In this document: one piece after another, positions 25,201-37,239 of the stretch | Position numbering within the stretch: position 1 is the first letter of the stretch | Layout: every line of letters starts with the position of its first letter | DNA from: Albugo candida | Taxonomy: Eukaryota | DNA: 64,000 nucleotides | Assembly: GCA_040437565.1 (NCBI GenBank) | Contig: JBDOQK010000008.1 | Coordinates: 124,001 to 188,000 of the forward strand | Direction of reading: 5' to 3' | Translations under genes and position numbers: made by a program | Notes under the pieces: model-generated | Seen by the model: only the letters and a program-made list of their open reading frames with translations | Database searches by the model: none | What the model was told of the DNA's origin: nothing

Positions 25201-28200
25201 TCTTGGAAAGATTGCAGCTTTGTTCTTCTGTGGGTTCGACCTTTTTGTTGAAAACCCAAGATGCTAAAATTGTGACAATAATACTAATCGATACAATTTT
25301 GCAATCACTTGATGGACGATCATGCAACATAGCCCTGATCATTCCGAGCAACTCACATTTGAATTCATCGTTGAAATTCTCATCCATGAAGGTTTCATTC
25401 TGAGCCATCAACTGCAGGTAGAAAATGAGTGCATACGCATTCTTCATATCCATACATTTCTCCCCTTTTTCGAAAGAAAGCTTTATCTGACTGAGAATTG
25501 CTTCAATTCTGATCATTCCGGTGGTTTCATGTTCACATAGAAGAAGAGTTGTACAACTCCATGCATAGGTGCTAATAGGTAAAGCGTTGCAAATAGTCTT
25601 GTACACTTTCCACATTCGAGATCGAAGCGTCTTGGGTAGCAGATCACATCCAACAAGAGCGATTTCAGTCAAAGGAGGTAGTATCTTTCTTCTGATCCAA
25701 AACCGTAAGGAGATCTCACTGGATACAAATTCAGCAACCAAAGACAATAGGCGTTTGATAGGAACATCACATGCTACTTCTCGCTTTCTGTCAGAAATCA
25801 ATAAGACGAATATTAGATCTGAACTCTGCTGAAGTTGATCAAGCAAATGCGCTTCTTCCTCTGTCGCCTCAAAACTTTCTTGCTCAGGCGCTACTTCGAT
25901 GGATGATATGTATTGCATCATATCGTGCATTTTGCTGATGAGAACGCGTGCCAATTGCATTGAACATGCGTTGGCATACATCGTCTTGGCTATAGAGAAG
26001 CAGTGTTGTATGATTGTTTCGTCACGAATAGGACCGAACAAGAAAAGATGCACTGCTCTTTGTAGTATTGCAGGCATTACAAGCAGATGCTTGTCACAGT
26101 CCGGTGACATGAACTTCAACGCGAGTCTAGTGCAACGTAGGCACATTTCCAGCTGTGTCAACTCATTGTATGTTTTCCCCTCCTCGGTTTCTCTACATGA
26201 AGCGGATGTAGACTGGATTTTCGTTTCTCCAATTTCTAACAAGTGCTTCATCATATTCACAACGCATTCAAAGAAGCCGGACTCATTGATTATTTTCAAG
26301 TAATCCAGTGTTGAAGATTGCTTAGCACAACTGAAGCTGTGAATGGGTCGTGTCATTCCAATAACAAATGTCTGCAAAACGAGCACCTTATCTGAAGTCT
26401 CTACGCTTTGTCGTGATAGAATCGTACATGCGGTGATAGTCCATCCTTCATCTATAAACAAGTAAATGCTTTCCGTATCCAAGCACGACAATTTGTGCAC
26501 AATTTTGATCAGACTTGGCAGGGGTTGCGTCTCCTTGATTTCTGGAAGCACATCCACCATCAGGATATCGACTGCCTGTACGATCAGCGCGTATATGCCT
26601 TCCTTTGTCATTTCTATCTTCCATCTAGCGATACTTGCAGAACGATTCAATTCGCAAGCTTTTTTCGTTCCGTCGGAAGAATTTCTCCTACAGTTCATAC
26701 AATCAGCATCCTTGCACGCTGGTATGAGAAGGGTATCAATACAGCGCCTGATTGCGTAGAAGCAGCATTGCATGACGCGAGTCATTGTAGACTTTGTTGC
26801 TGTATTTGCATTGACTCCATACAGCATATTTTTGATAATTCTGACCAAATAGACACATATCGAGGTTTCTTTTAGTCGTAAAGCGTGTTCGCGGACATGC
26901 GTCAGACATGCGACAACAGTGCACGAAGTTTCTAGAGACTCCAAAAAAGCTTCGCTCCTTACAGAAATCGAGTCTACTATGCCTGATACTTGCGTTTTCG
27001 ATTTCTCAGCACTGAGTCGCTCCCCTGTTATAANNNNNNNNNNNNNNNNNNNNNNNNNNNNNNNNNNNNNNNNNNNNNNNNNNNNNNNNNNNNNNNNNNN
27101 NNNNNNNNNNNNNNNNNNNNNNNNNNNNNNNNNGTATGAGAAGGGTATCAATACAGCGCCTGATTGCGTAGAAGCAGCATTGCATGACGCGAGTCATTGT
27201 AGACTTTGTTGCTGTATTTGCATTGACTCCATACAGCATATTTTTGATAATTCTGACCAAATAGACACATATCGAGGTTTCTTTTAGTCGTAAAGCGTGT
27301 TCGCGGACATGCGTCAGACATGCGACAACAGTGCACGAAGTTTCTAGAGACTCCAAAAAAGCTTCGCTCCTTACAGAAATCGAGTCTACTATGCCTGATA
27401 CTTGCGTTTTCGATTTCTCAGCACTGAGTCGCTCCCCTGTTATAAGAATTCCAAGTGTTTTTAGTACATCAACATACTGTTGAACATCGAGCCCAGTTGT
27501 TAGCTTCGCAAGCAACTCAGCCAAGCAACCCTGATTGATCCCTGGCGCTTGTCCTCCTGGCTTCGTGAGTAACTCAAACGGAGTGTTCAAATTCCAGTGG
27601 TGCTTATAGAGCGGACGACTGATAAGCGGAATTATTCCTTGCTCCACAAAATGATCTCTCACATCATCGAATTGCTAAAAAACACCATATCAAAATCAGT
27701 ACCATTAATATCTCACGGAAAACGCAAATTCGAGAAACCTACGACAAGTGACCATAAGAGTGCAAACAATAGAGAAGTAATTCTGGAATTATGTATCGTT
27801 GCTCGAAAGAGGCGCATGACTTCTTTTATCACTTTTTTTGACATCANNNNNNNNNNNNNNNNNNNNNNNNNNNNNNNNNNNNNNNNNNNNNNNNNNNNNN
27901 NNNNNNNNNNNNNNNNNNNNNNNNNNNNNNNNNNNNNNNNNNNNNNAGCCAAGCAACCCTGATTGATCCCTGGCGCTTGTCCTCCTGGCTTCGTGAGTAA
28001 CTCAAACGGAGTGTTCAAATTCCAGTGGTGCTTATAGAGCGGACGACTGATAAGCGGAATTATTCCTTGCTCCACAAAATGATCTCTCACATCATCGAAT
28101 TGCTAAAAAACACCATATCAAAATCAGTACCATTAATATCTCACGGAAAACGCAAATTCGAGAAACCTACGACAAGTGACCATAAGAGTGCAAACAATAG

Positions 28201-30145
28201 AGAAGTAATTCTGGAATTATGTATCGTTGCTCGAAAGAGGCGCATGACTTCTTTTATCACTTTTTTTGACATCATAAGGCTGTGATGTATTGGGATCGGA
28301 AAGATACAAAGTAAAGCCTTGACGGTTTCTTCGTGATAAACACTGGCCTTTAGTGTGAGTTGCGACTTAAAACGTGTTTCCACTATCGTTTCTGCCAGGG
28401 TCGAAGCACAACTTGTTTCGAGAAAAACATTAGCATCATACAACGTCGCCAAAAGCTTGATCAAAGCTGTCGTCGTGCGAGAATATTTGGATTGTTTGGA
28501 AAAAATAGCTGAGCATGTATTTTGCAAACATAAATGCTGAATCAAGGCCCCGCAATTCACTTTAATTGCCATGACTCTGATAGCCGATATAATATGGTAG
28601 CAATAATCATCCACGATGCCTGGAATGTGACTCTGTATGAAGCTCAATAGAACGTTTATACCATGATACTCTTGGGACACAAAAGCACAGCACAGGAAAT
28701 TGTGACTTGTATTGGAGAGAAGTGTGCACAAATGCTGGAAAGTCATTGCCAGTGGGCTCGCGATAGCCGCGCTGCTCATCACACTTCCATTGGTCAGTAT
28801 TTGAAGGAGATATTGAAGCCCACCTGCATCGACAAACTTTGCTGCAAGCCGTCTCCACAATGTAGCCATTGCTAGCATCCAAAAGGCATCCAGTGTTCCT
28901 ACCCCAGCTACTTCTGTTGATCGTTTTTTACTAGGGCTATCATTTGATTTTGAGATCGTCTGTAGTAACTTCACCGCCTCATCGATGGAAAGTTCTAAGG
29001 AGTGACCAAGGTAGGTGGTAGCGCCGTCTTCATCGAGCTAGACGAGCAACTGCGCGTTAATTAATTTAGTAAAATCGTTTAGTTGAAATCGTCACCTGAG
29101 TGTATTCTACACCGTCGACTAGATTGTGCATTGCTTGGGCAACCGTTGATACAGCAAACACTAGGGTATGTTCTGCTTTGTCCGGCTGTCCATTTGCCAT
29201 TAGAATTCTACCATACAAAAAGAAAAAACGCTTTGAAGGTTGATATCAAAAAGTCCAAGGCTACGAGCTCACTGATTGATGATTTTTTTTGCCGCTGCGC
29301 AAAAAAATGAGCTGACTTCATCCAAATCTTCCATGGTGCGTGCCAGAATGCTCAGTATCAGCCCAGATACGCTAATATCGATATTCGGACTATCCTCTCG
29401 AGATAATAACTGATCGATACATTTCAAAGATGAGTGCATCAGATTCGATGACTTGGAGTGCAGGAACTATCACGGAGAAATTCTGAATCAATAATCGTCT
29501 AAAAACGAGCTCGATTTGCGCCGTCGTACCATGATTTGTGCGACAATATCAATAAATTTGTGGTGGAGAGATGCTGCTAGTTTTTCTGTCAGCAAAGCAA
29601 TCCGGCACAACGCCATTACCGCACTGTGTAAACAGCTTTCTTGTTCCAATTCATCATCGGTAGGGTTCTTCACAATCATCTCAAAAATTTCAGGTAGATC
29701 TATGATTAATAGTGACACAGTAGGATTATCATCACATTATGTGGAATTTCATACCAGAAGATATAAGCAGATGCGATAAATCCCTTGTCGTGCTGTCGTC
29801 GAAATGAAGCATTGCGTTTAGCATTTCAAGGCATGCATTTATCAGCTTGATGCTGTGATTTTGCGCTCTCATCGCATTCAAAATATTTATGACAGCTCCG
29901 GATGACATTAAAGCGATTAAAGTTGCGCTGCTTTTCAATGTGGGCTTTGACTGCTTGGTGAATTGTATTAATGCCTTCGTGAGGAGTGTCACCGACTTTG
30001 TAAGAATTCTTTCGCAGTTATGATGTGTGGTAATTGATTTGATCAGTAAAGCCATTTGTGCATCTATCTCCAAAAGGTTCTCAAAAAGCAAATCATTATT
30101 CGGAACGTCAGTCCCCGATTCCGCCAAAGGAAAACTTCGACTCAT
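19268..30145 (-). CDS. Very large (about 3000 aa) uncharacterised ARM/HEAT-like alpha-solenoid protein with a probable C-terminal PH-like domain
   Basis: A 7-kb open exon plus several 5' exons of Leu/Ile/Cys-rich amphipathic helices (e.g. FVDAGGLQYLLQIL, FYNMNGLEILYKLI, VYDGIPIVLE); C-terminus ends IWLSQIEIL..YVHLLVRQESIVLEALSSESCSEWKNALQTLL. Broken by three gap duplications. Confidence 0.75.
19747..20948. repeat. Gap-flanking duplication 19747-20297 = 20398-20948
   Basis: 551-bp direct repeat around the 100-N gap 20298-20397; it creates the false internal repeat in the 2627-aa ORF. Confidence 0.9.
26722..27445. repeat. Gap-flanking duplication 26722-27033 = 27134-27445
   Basis: Direct repeat around the 100-N gap 27034-27133. 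Confidence 0.9.
27519..28274. repeat. Gap-flanking duplication 27519-27846 = 27947-28274
   Basis: Direct repeat around the 100-N gap 27847-27946. Confidence 0.9.
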
Positions 30146-30676
30146 TGTACTTTCAATTATGTCTCTTCAAGTAGAGTTACGACATCAAGCATCGACACAA
30201 TTGTTAGACACTCCTCTTCGGGTGTAAATTTAGCACAAGAAGTCTCGCCAGCAGCGGTGCGACGACTTAGGTAAAGCTTGTTGATTTGGCGCGCACAGGT
30301 ATCTTTGGCATCAAGCGATGTTGCTCAGAGGCTATGAGTAATGAGCTGCTTAACTCTGCTATATATTGATCATTCCTCCTCAAACGTAAAGCTCTCTTAA
30401 TTGGTACCTAACAAGTTGACGATTATTTTCCTACTGCTTTGACCGACTCGGCTAGATATGTATAAATATGCGGTGCATCGCACTTGAACAGTTCATTCTA
30501 GCGCAGGTTGATAATTAGAATCCCCAAAAGATGCGAGTGATGTGAGAATGTAATGATCGATTGATGTAAGCAGTGAAGACAGGTCGACTTGGCAAGTATT
30601 TTCAGCTCGTACAAAATTCTTTATATTTAGTCCATCTGCAAAAATAGCTATAGAAATACATTCACTTCATAAGTAC

Positions 30677-32149
30677 ATGGATCGTGCGAGACGTGCAGAG
30701 CCTTACAGCAATGCTACAATATGGGCACGAGGAATTGCCAAAAATATGGCTGGGCATCTCGATCGTGTAGCAAGAATGCATAGTTGTGTGGACACTGGAT
30801 CTTCTTGCAGCATTCATTTACCGCAATTTCATTTAGGATCAAAATCACTTGGTGAAAAGAGTAAGGCTGGATTGGTAAAAAGCAGAAGCAAGGTTGATGA
30901 AGAGCTATGTCAATCGCGAGCCAATAATGTCGATGTGCATTTAGCAAAACTGGGTAGTAAACACACCTTGAAGCAACCTCGATTGCTTGCAAAATTACCA
31001 AGCACTTCGAAGACGGAATGCAGTGCCAGTCAGAGCTCACGAAATTCGTGTGACAGGATATATGATAATGGACATAGCTTGAATCATCAATATAATTCTG
31101 GGAAAGGTTTACAACGGAGTCGAGCACATCTGCGCATATGGGAAGAAAATCAAATGATTCTGAAACGCATACTTGCAACCAAATCGACACTTAATAGTAA
31201 AAAGTGGGAAGAAGACGAAAAACGCAACAAGAAATGGTTAAGAATGCAGGAAAAACGTCGGCGAGCACTGCAGCAAGAACTCGAATTTGCCCAATCCTGT
31301 ACTCTATCACCGCTTCGGAGTCAGAAAGAATCAAGTACAATAGCTGTTCCCATTACCAACTCAACGTACCCTCTGACCGCGTATGATCAAAATATAGAGC
31401 TTGCGCCTGGTAAATACGAGCGTCCACCGAAAGACCAGCTAGCTATAAGTACACAGTCTCATTTCCAAGACAAGTTTATTGGAAGTAGCTCTCAGAGAGA
31501 TTGCGCTGAGCAGGAGGCTCAAGAAGGAGATAAACTGTCTGGTGAAGACACAAAGCTGGGCCCTAGGCAAGCGCATGGAAGAGAGAACGATTTTTTATTG
31601 CACGAGGTTGATCAAAACAATTTGCAAATTTGTGAATTACAACATCGGCTCACCGTCGAATGTCGCACAGAACTCGATTTTGGTAGGTCATTAGCTCAGG
31701 AAGCTCCTATGGCAATACGTTCGAATTTCGATAATAATAGTTGCCTTGAAGATATCAGACAAGTACAATCTCATGAAACATTAAGTGAATCCATGGTTGT
31801 ATCCATTGCATCAGCAAGAGCAAACAAAGACGATAAATATGGTGGTGAGATCACCGTATTACCGATACCTGAAGGTTGTAGGTCCAATACACATACTTCG
31901 AGTCCCTTTGGTGTTTTTCCTCATACTGTAGCACTGAATCAACAGTTAGCGCATCCTTCTGACTCTGATGCTAATAATTTACTCGACGTCAGGACTATGG
32001 TGAATGAAACCAGCACGACAAACCCTGTGGTCCAGGAAGATTTATCCGAGATTTTTTCTGGCAGTTCTTCACCAATTAGATCTGATAAGCAGGAGGAGTC
32101 TTACCATCAAGACGAAGAATCTGACTATTACGGTGAGGAGTTTGATTAA
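30677..32149 (+). CDS. CFAP97/KIAA1430 (Hemingway)-domain protein with a low-complexity C-terminal tail
   Basis: N-terminal MDRA..PYSN..HLDRVARMHSCVDT and SLN..RAHLRIWEENQMILKRILATKSTLNSKKWEED match the KIAA1430/CFAP97D pattern (RIxxENxxILKRI..WExD). Confidence 0.65.
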   Translation: MDRARRAEPYSNATIWARGIAKNMAGHLDRVARMHSCVDTGSSCSIHLPQFHLGSKSLGEKSKAGLVKSRSKVDEELCQSRANNVDVHLAKLGSKHTLKQPRLLAKLPSTSKTECSASQSSRNSCDRIYDNGHSLNHQYNSGKGLQRSRAHLRIWEENQMILKRILATKSTLNSKKWEEDEKRNKKWLRMQEKRRRALQQELEFAQSCTLSPLRSQKESSTIAVPITNSTYPLTAYDQNIELAPGKYERPPKDQLAISTQSHFQDKFIGSSSQRDCAEQEAQEGDKLSGEDTKLGPRQAHGRENDFLLHEVDQNNLQICELQHRLTVECRTELDFGRSLAQEAPMAIRSNFDNNSCLEDIRQVQSHETLSESMVVSIASARANKDDKYGGEITVLPIPEGCRSNTHTSSPFGVFPHTVALNQQLAHPSDSDANNLLDVRTMVNETSTTNPVVQEDLSEIFSGSSSPIRSDKQEESYHQDEESDYYGEEFD

Positions 32150-32672
32150 GCGATGGAGACTTATAGTATATGATGTAGGTATAATCTATAAATCCAGCAA
32201 TTTGAGAACATAAGTCGCATACTGGTTTATTATCAGGAAAAATCAACAAACTCTGTCAGTATCAAGGCCGTTTTGAGCCGCTACACCATACAATATTCTG
32301 CTTACCCAATCAATCATGCAAGTGAATTTTACACGCTACTGTATAAAGATGGCACAATGATTCTGGTACTTTCCGTGCATGATCAAGCCATTCTTTTTAG
32401 GGAATATGCAGCTGCAATTACACATTATAACTAAACGTAAACAGCTATTCTGGTTTGCCCGGATAGTCGCGCGCGAAAATCAGGATTTCAGTGGATCGGC
32501 CGTAATCAGAACCATTCGCAATGGCATAGAATATGCTAGTAATTTACCGCTACATCGCTAATCACAATTAGGAGCGAAGCTGCACGCCTAATATGCCATC
32601 GACAACATGTTTATCGCTTCTTGGCTGTGTGAAACAGTGAACGTATATTTAACTTAATCAACAGTACATGCA

Positions 32673-33541
32673 TTAGTGCAGCGCTTCGACGGGGTGAACA
32701 CCGCGGTCTTGCTCTGATTTTCGGTAACCAAATTTGAAGTAGAGAATCAGCAGGGCACCGACGATTATTGTGGCTGCCAAAACAAATAAAGCTACTCGTT
32801 GACGTCTGTCACGTGATAGCATCCTTCGAATAATGCTACCACCATGCTGCTGTGAGTCGAGTACAGACTTGACTTTGAGATGAGCGTCTTCAATTTGGTT
32901 TTTGTTCCGACCCAATGCGTCTGTGATTGTCACCGCTACCATGAGTGGTTAGACAGATAGTCGTATATGGAAACCAGTAGCGAAATATTCACCAACTTCC
33001 TCAATTTCTACAGCGGCTCGCTTCGCCTCGCTGAGTTTCTCCGTCGTGCCCATCAGTCTAATTTGATGTTGAAATGATCATACGATCAAATTAGCCCACA
33101 CGATGCATCCTTACTTGATTGTTGCATCTTTCATCTGGTCTCTTGCTGGAGTCTCGTCTCGAACGAAACTGTGACTCGATGAGTTTGCTGATTTTTCAAA
33201 TCTGGCGGCCAAAGATCGTATTTTATCTTGATAATCTTGTACCTTGATGCTCAGCGCTTTTCGCTCATTTGAGTCGACTCCGTGTAGCTCAATTTTCATT
33301 TGTTGACTCTATTGGTGCAGTCATGCATAATCACATTCAAGTGCGAAGACATATCAAGTGCATACAAGCGCATCGGCCTTCTCCAAGAGTTTTTTTAATT
33401 CTAGTACACCAAATCATGAAAATTTGCAGAAAATTCTTCATTATTCTCACCTGCACGCTTCAAATGTGTCTCGCATAGCTGTGAAATCTGACTCAGCAAC
33501 ATGAGTAGTTCGCTTTCATAAGCATCAAAAATCGCCGACAT
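32673..33541 (-). CDS. VTI1: Vesicle-transport Qb-SNARE, VTI1-like, multi-exon
   Basis: MSAIFDAYESE N-terminal Habc start, QMKIELHGV..ERKAL..KVQDY, SNARE coil TTEKLSEAKRAAVEIEEV..ITDALGRNKNQI..IIRRMLSR, C-terminal TM anchor. Confidence 0.8.
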
Positions 33542-34703
33542 GCTGATTAGAATAGATTTGTAATTAACAAATTCAGGGCTAGAAGGATGGCAGCAGAAAT
33601 GATGTGGTGTCAGCTTAGTCGACCGCCATCATGTAGAATAAGCCTTTGCTAGCATGACTTTAAGATCTCGTGGGATGGACAATACTGTCGAGCATGATTA
33701 AAAGTGGCGAAATTTGCCTCGTAGTTCCAGATGTAACATTTTCCGAAATTTAGTATTCACTCAAAATCACCGTGAAACTCTTAACTCATTTTCGCCATAG
33801 CTGGGTTCGATCGATTAGCTACGTCTAATGACCCTCATGTCATGAAATTTGACCATATGCATGATTTACGAAAATTTGGGGGCATCACAAGTGGTAAGAA
33901 GCTGACAATAGTCCTTCTAACTAGGCTACTGCTTCATGTCTTATGGCAATGTCGGCCACTAACATGGAAAGTTAAAAAAAGCGCTGCATGCTGTAGTGCA
34001 TAGTTTCCATCCAACTAAGGAGATGTGAGGTCACTTGGCCATATATCGAGAATGGGTGATATCAAAAATTATTAAAGCTCACGCATTGGTATTACTGACT
34101 TGCGCTAGACTAAGACCACGGCATGAATACCAGCATCGATCTGGATTTCAGCATCAGCACATGATCACTGTCGTGCTGAACGCGACACTATGATTGCTTC
34201 ATCACACCGGTTCATGTGCCTTTATTTTCTGCTCCCGGAACTTTCCTTGGCAAATGCGCTGGAAGTATCGACTCCGAACTTTGCTATTCGCACGCTACCA
34301 TGTTCATATCTGCGATAAATCTCTCCATTATGCAGAGTGACCCGAATAGAAGTAATGTTCTGCTTCTCATCATGTACGTTGTCGAGCAAGTATTCCGATC
34401 TGATCGTCGCATTCGAATATTGTTTTGCACTGATCTTGTTCATAAGCGCAAGTTGCTTCATCGCGCTCACATTACGATGATTAATTTGGATTGATGCACA
34501 CCATATGATCCTCGCAAGGATTAGTAAGTATTTGCAGATCATCGATCGTATCACCTCAAACACCACCTGGATACTAAGCGTCGCTTGATAACTAATCCAT
34601 ATTTACTTCGCTGCTAGACGTTTCATCTCTTTCAAAAAATACATCGTAAAGCATAATTCGAAGGAAGTAAAACACCAGTCAATCCATCTACTTTTTGTCC
34701 GAC

Positions 34704-36419
34704 GCTTGAGTGACCATGTCTGCGCCATAAATTCTTTTCATAAGCAGCATTTTACTGGATACGCTCGCTAAATAAATGATACTACGTTTCAGAATTCAAA
34801 CATGCGCGTTCAATGTCAATTCTGCGAACCGAACATTGATTTAGAGTTAGTGATCCAGTGCGTAGCATGGGTTAGTGCAAGTACGTGTTCTCTTTGAGCT
34901 TCACGATGAATTCTCTTTGATTAGCCAATTTCAATACAATATTCGATCGATCGACAGTGTATGCAGCCCGGTCTTAAGTCTATCTAATTATTACAAATCC
35001 TACATGTCAGTCATTCATTTCTTGATCGGAATCTGCTTCAATAACAAGTTCCAACTCATTTGCTTGCTTCTCTGCTGTTTTTTTGAGTAGAGTCAACTTC
35101 TTCTCAACATCATCAAGTTGCTCTTGAAGATGAAACTCATGCTTTGATTGTCGTTTGAGCTTTTTGAGCAGCGTACGGCATTTATTGAAGCAGTCCAAGG
35201 CTTCCTCACACTCACCTAGCTTCTGATGACAAGTTGCTAGCAGAAACCAAACCTCTGCGTCCTCATCATCCTCATTTACAACATCTTCCATAATATCACA
35301 CGCTTGCTCGTACATGTCCACTTCAATGAGTAATTTACCAGTGACTATACGAAATACAGAGTCTGGCATCAAATTATCATCTTGTAGCTCCATAATTCGA
35401 CGATATGTTTTTTCCAGCCAACCGATCGCTTCTTGTGTACGTTGTTGCGTAAGCCTAAGATTTGCAAGTGCTTGCGTAGGTTCCGGAAGACCAACATCGT
35501 ACTGCAAGGCTNNNNNNNNNNNNNNNNNNNNNNNNNNNNNNNNNNNNNNNNNNNNNNNNNNNNNNNNNNNNNNNNNNNNNNNNNNNNNNNNNNNNNNNNN
35601 NNNNNNNNNNNGCTTGAGTGACCATGTCTGCGCCATAAATTCTTTTCATAAGCAGCATTTTACTGGATACGCTCGCTAAATAAATGATACTACGTTTCAG
35701 AATTCAAACATGCGCGTTCAATGTCAATTCTGCGAACCGAACATTGATTTAGAGTTAGTGATCCAGTGCGTAGCATGGGTTAGTGCAAGTACGTGTTCTC
35801 TTTGAGCTTCACGATGAATTCTCTTTGATTAGCCAATTTCAATACAATATTCGATCGATCGACAGTGTATGCAGCCCGGTCTTAAGTCTATCTAATTATT
35901 ACAAATCCTACATGTCAGTCATTCATTTCTTGATCGGAATCTGCTTCAATAACAAGTTCCAACTCATTTGCTTGCTTCTCTGCTGTTTTTTTGAGTAGAG
36001 TCAACTTCTTCTCAACATCATCAAGTTGCTCTTGAAGATGAAACTCATGCTTTGATTGTCGTTTGAGCTTTTTGAGCAGCGTACGGCATTTATTGAAGCA
36101 GTCCAAGGCTTCCTCACACTCACCTAGCTTCTGATGACAAGTTGCTAGCAGAAACCAAACCTCTGCGTCCTCATCATCCTCATTTACAACATCTTCCATA
36201 ATATCACACGCTTGCTCGTACATGTCCACTTCAATGAGTAATTTACCAGTGACTATACGAAATACAGAGTCTGGCATCAAATTATCATCTTGTAGCTCCA
36301 TAATTCGACGATATGTTTTTTCCAGCCAACCGATCGCTTCTTGTGTACGTTGTTGCGTAAGCCTAAGATTTGCAAGTGCTTGCGTAGGTTCCGGAAGACC
36401 AACATCGTACTGCAAGGCT
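34704..36419. repeat. Gap-flanking duplication 34704-35511 = 35612-36419 (duplicates the ACL4 3' end)
   Basis: 808-bp direct repeat around the 100-N gap 35512-35611. Confidence 0.9.
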
Positions 36420-36951
36420 GATTTAAAAGCCTCCTCGCATTTTCTTTCAGCGTCTTCAGAATCGCATAAGTCGGTCATGTAAAGCTCACCAAGGGCGCAA
36501 TATGCCGCACATATCTGTTTTTTTGTTGTGAATACGTCGTCTATCTAAACCAAGAAATAAAGCAAGTCAAATTACAATAATATTGCGTCCTACATAATGA
36601 TTGTCATACATTTGAATTGATCGCTTCCAGTTCTTGCTTCAAGAAATGAATACCTTGCTCTGTGTACTCTTGAGCTTTCTCTCCATACACCATCTGGGCC
36701 GCATTCAGCCATTTGGTAGGATTATCTGCTGGTGCGATCTTGATACTATTCTCACACGCTTGTAAAGCACGCTCGGAGTCATGAATTTCTGTTGCTAATT
36801 CGCTGATGGTGTCCAGGATTTTGGTATTATTTGGCTCTAGCAGCAAAGCCTTTTCAAAAAATCGAATTGCAACCTCGGGTTGACATTGGTCAATAAGTTC
36901 TTCTCCTTTCGCCACCAATTCTTTCGCCGCATAATTCTTCGTTGGACCCAT
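35915..36951 (-). CDS. ACL4: TPR protein, assembly chaperone of ribosomal protein L4 (Acl4-like), 2 exons
   Basis: TPR repeats plus the Acl4-typical YCALGELYMTDLCDSEDAERKCE, PEPTQALANLRLTQQR, PDSVFRIVTGKLLIE and EDDEDAEVWFLL; acidic tail. Confidence 0.8.
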
Positions 36952-37176
36952 AATCCGACGACGGCGGACCAAGGACCAGTCGAATCGGATAATGTGTACC
37001 ACATCATATTNNNNNNNNNNNNNNNNNNNNNNNNNNNNNNNNNNNNNNNNNNNNNNNNNNNNNNNNNNNNNNNNNNNNNNNNNNNNNNNNNNNNNNNNNN
37101 NNNNNNNNNNGACCCATAATCCGACGACGGCGGACCAAGGACCAGTCGAATCGGATAATGTGTACCACATCATATT
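36945..37176. repeat. Gap-flanking duplication 36945-37010 = 37111-37176
   Basis: 66-bp direct repeat around the 100-N gap 37011-37110. Confidence 0.9.
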
Positions 37177-37239
37177 TCAAAAAAAGAAACAGTTTGTGAA
37201 AAGCCCACTTTTATTCTTGTTTTTACAATTATAAGCTTT

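Noticed and set aside
35007-35511. Second truncated ACL4-like gene or pseudogene
   Set aside because: Exact copy of 35915-36419 next to a gap; artefact.
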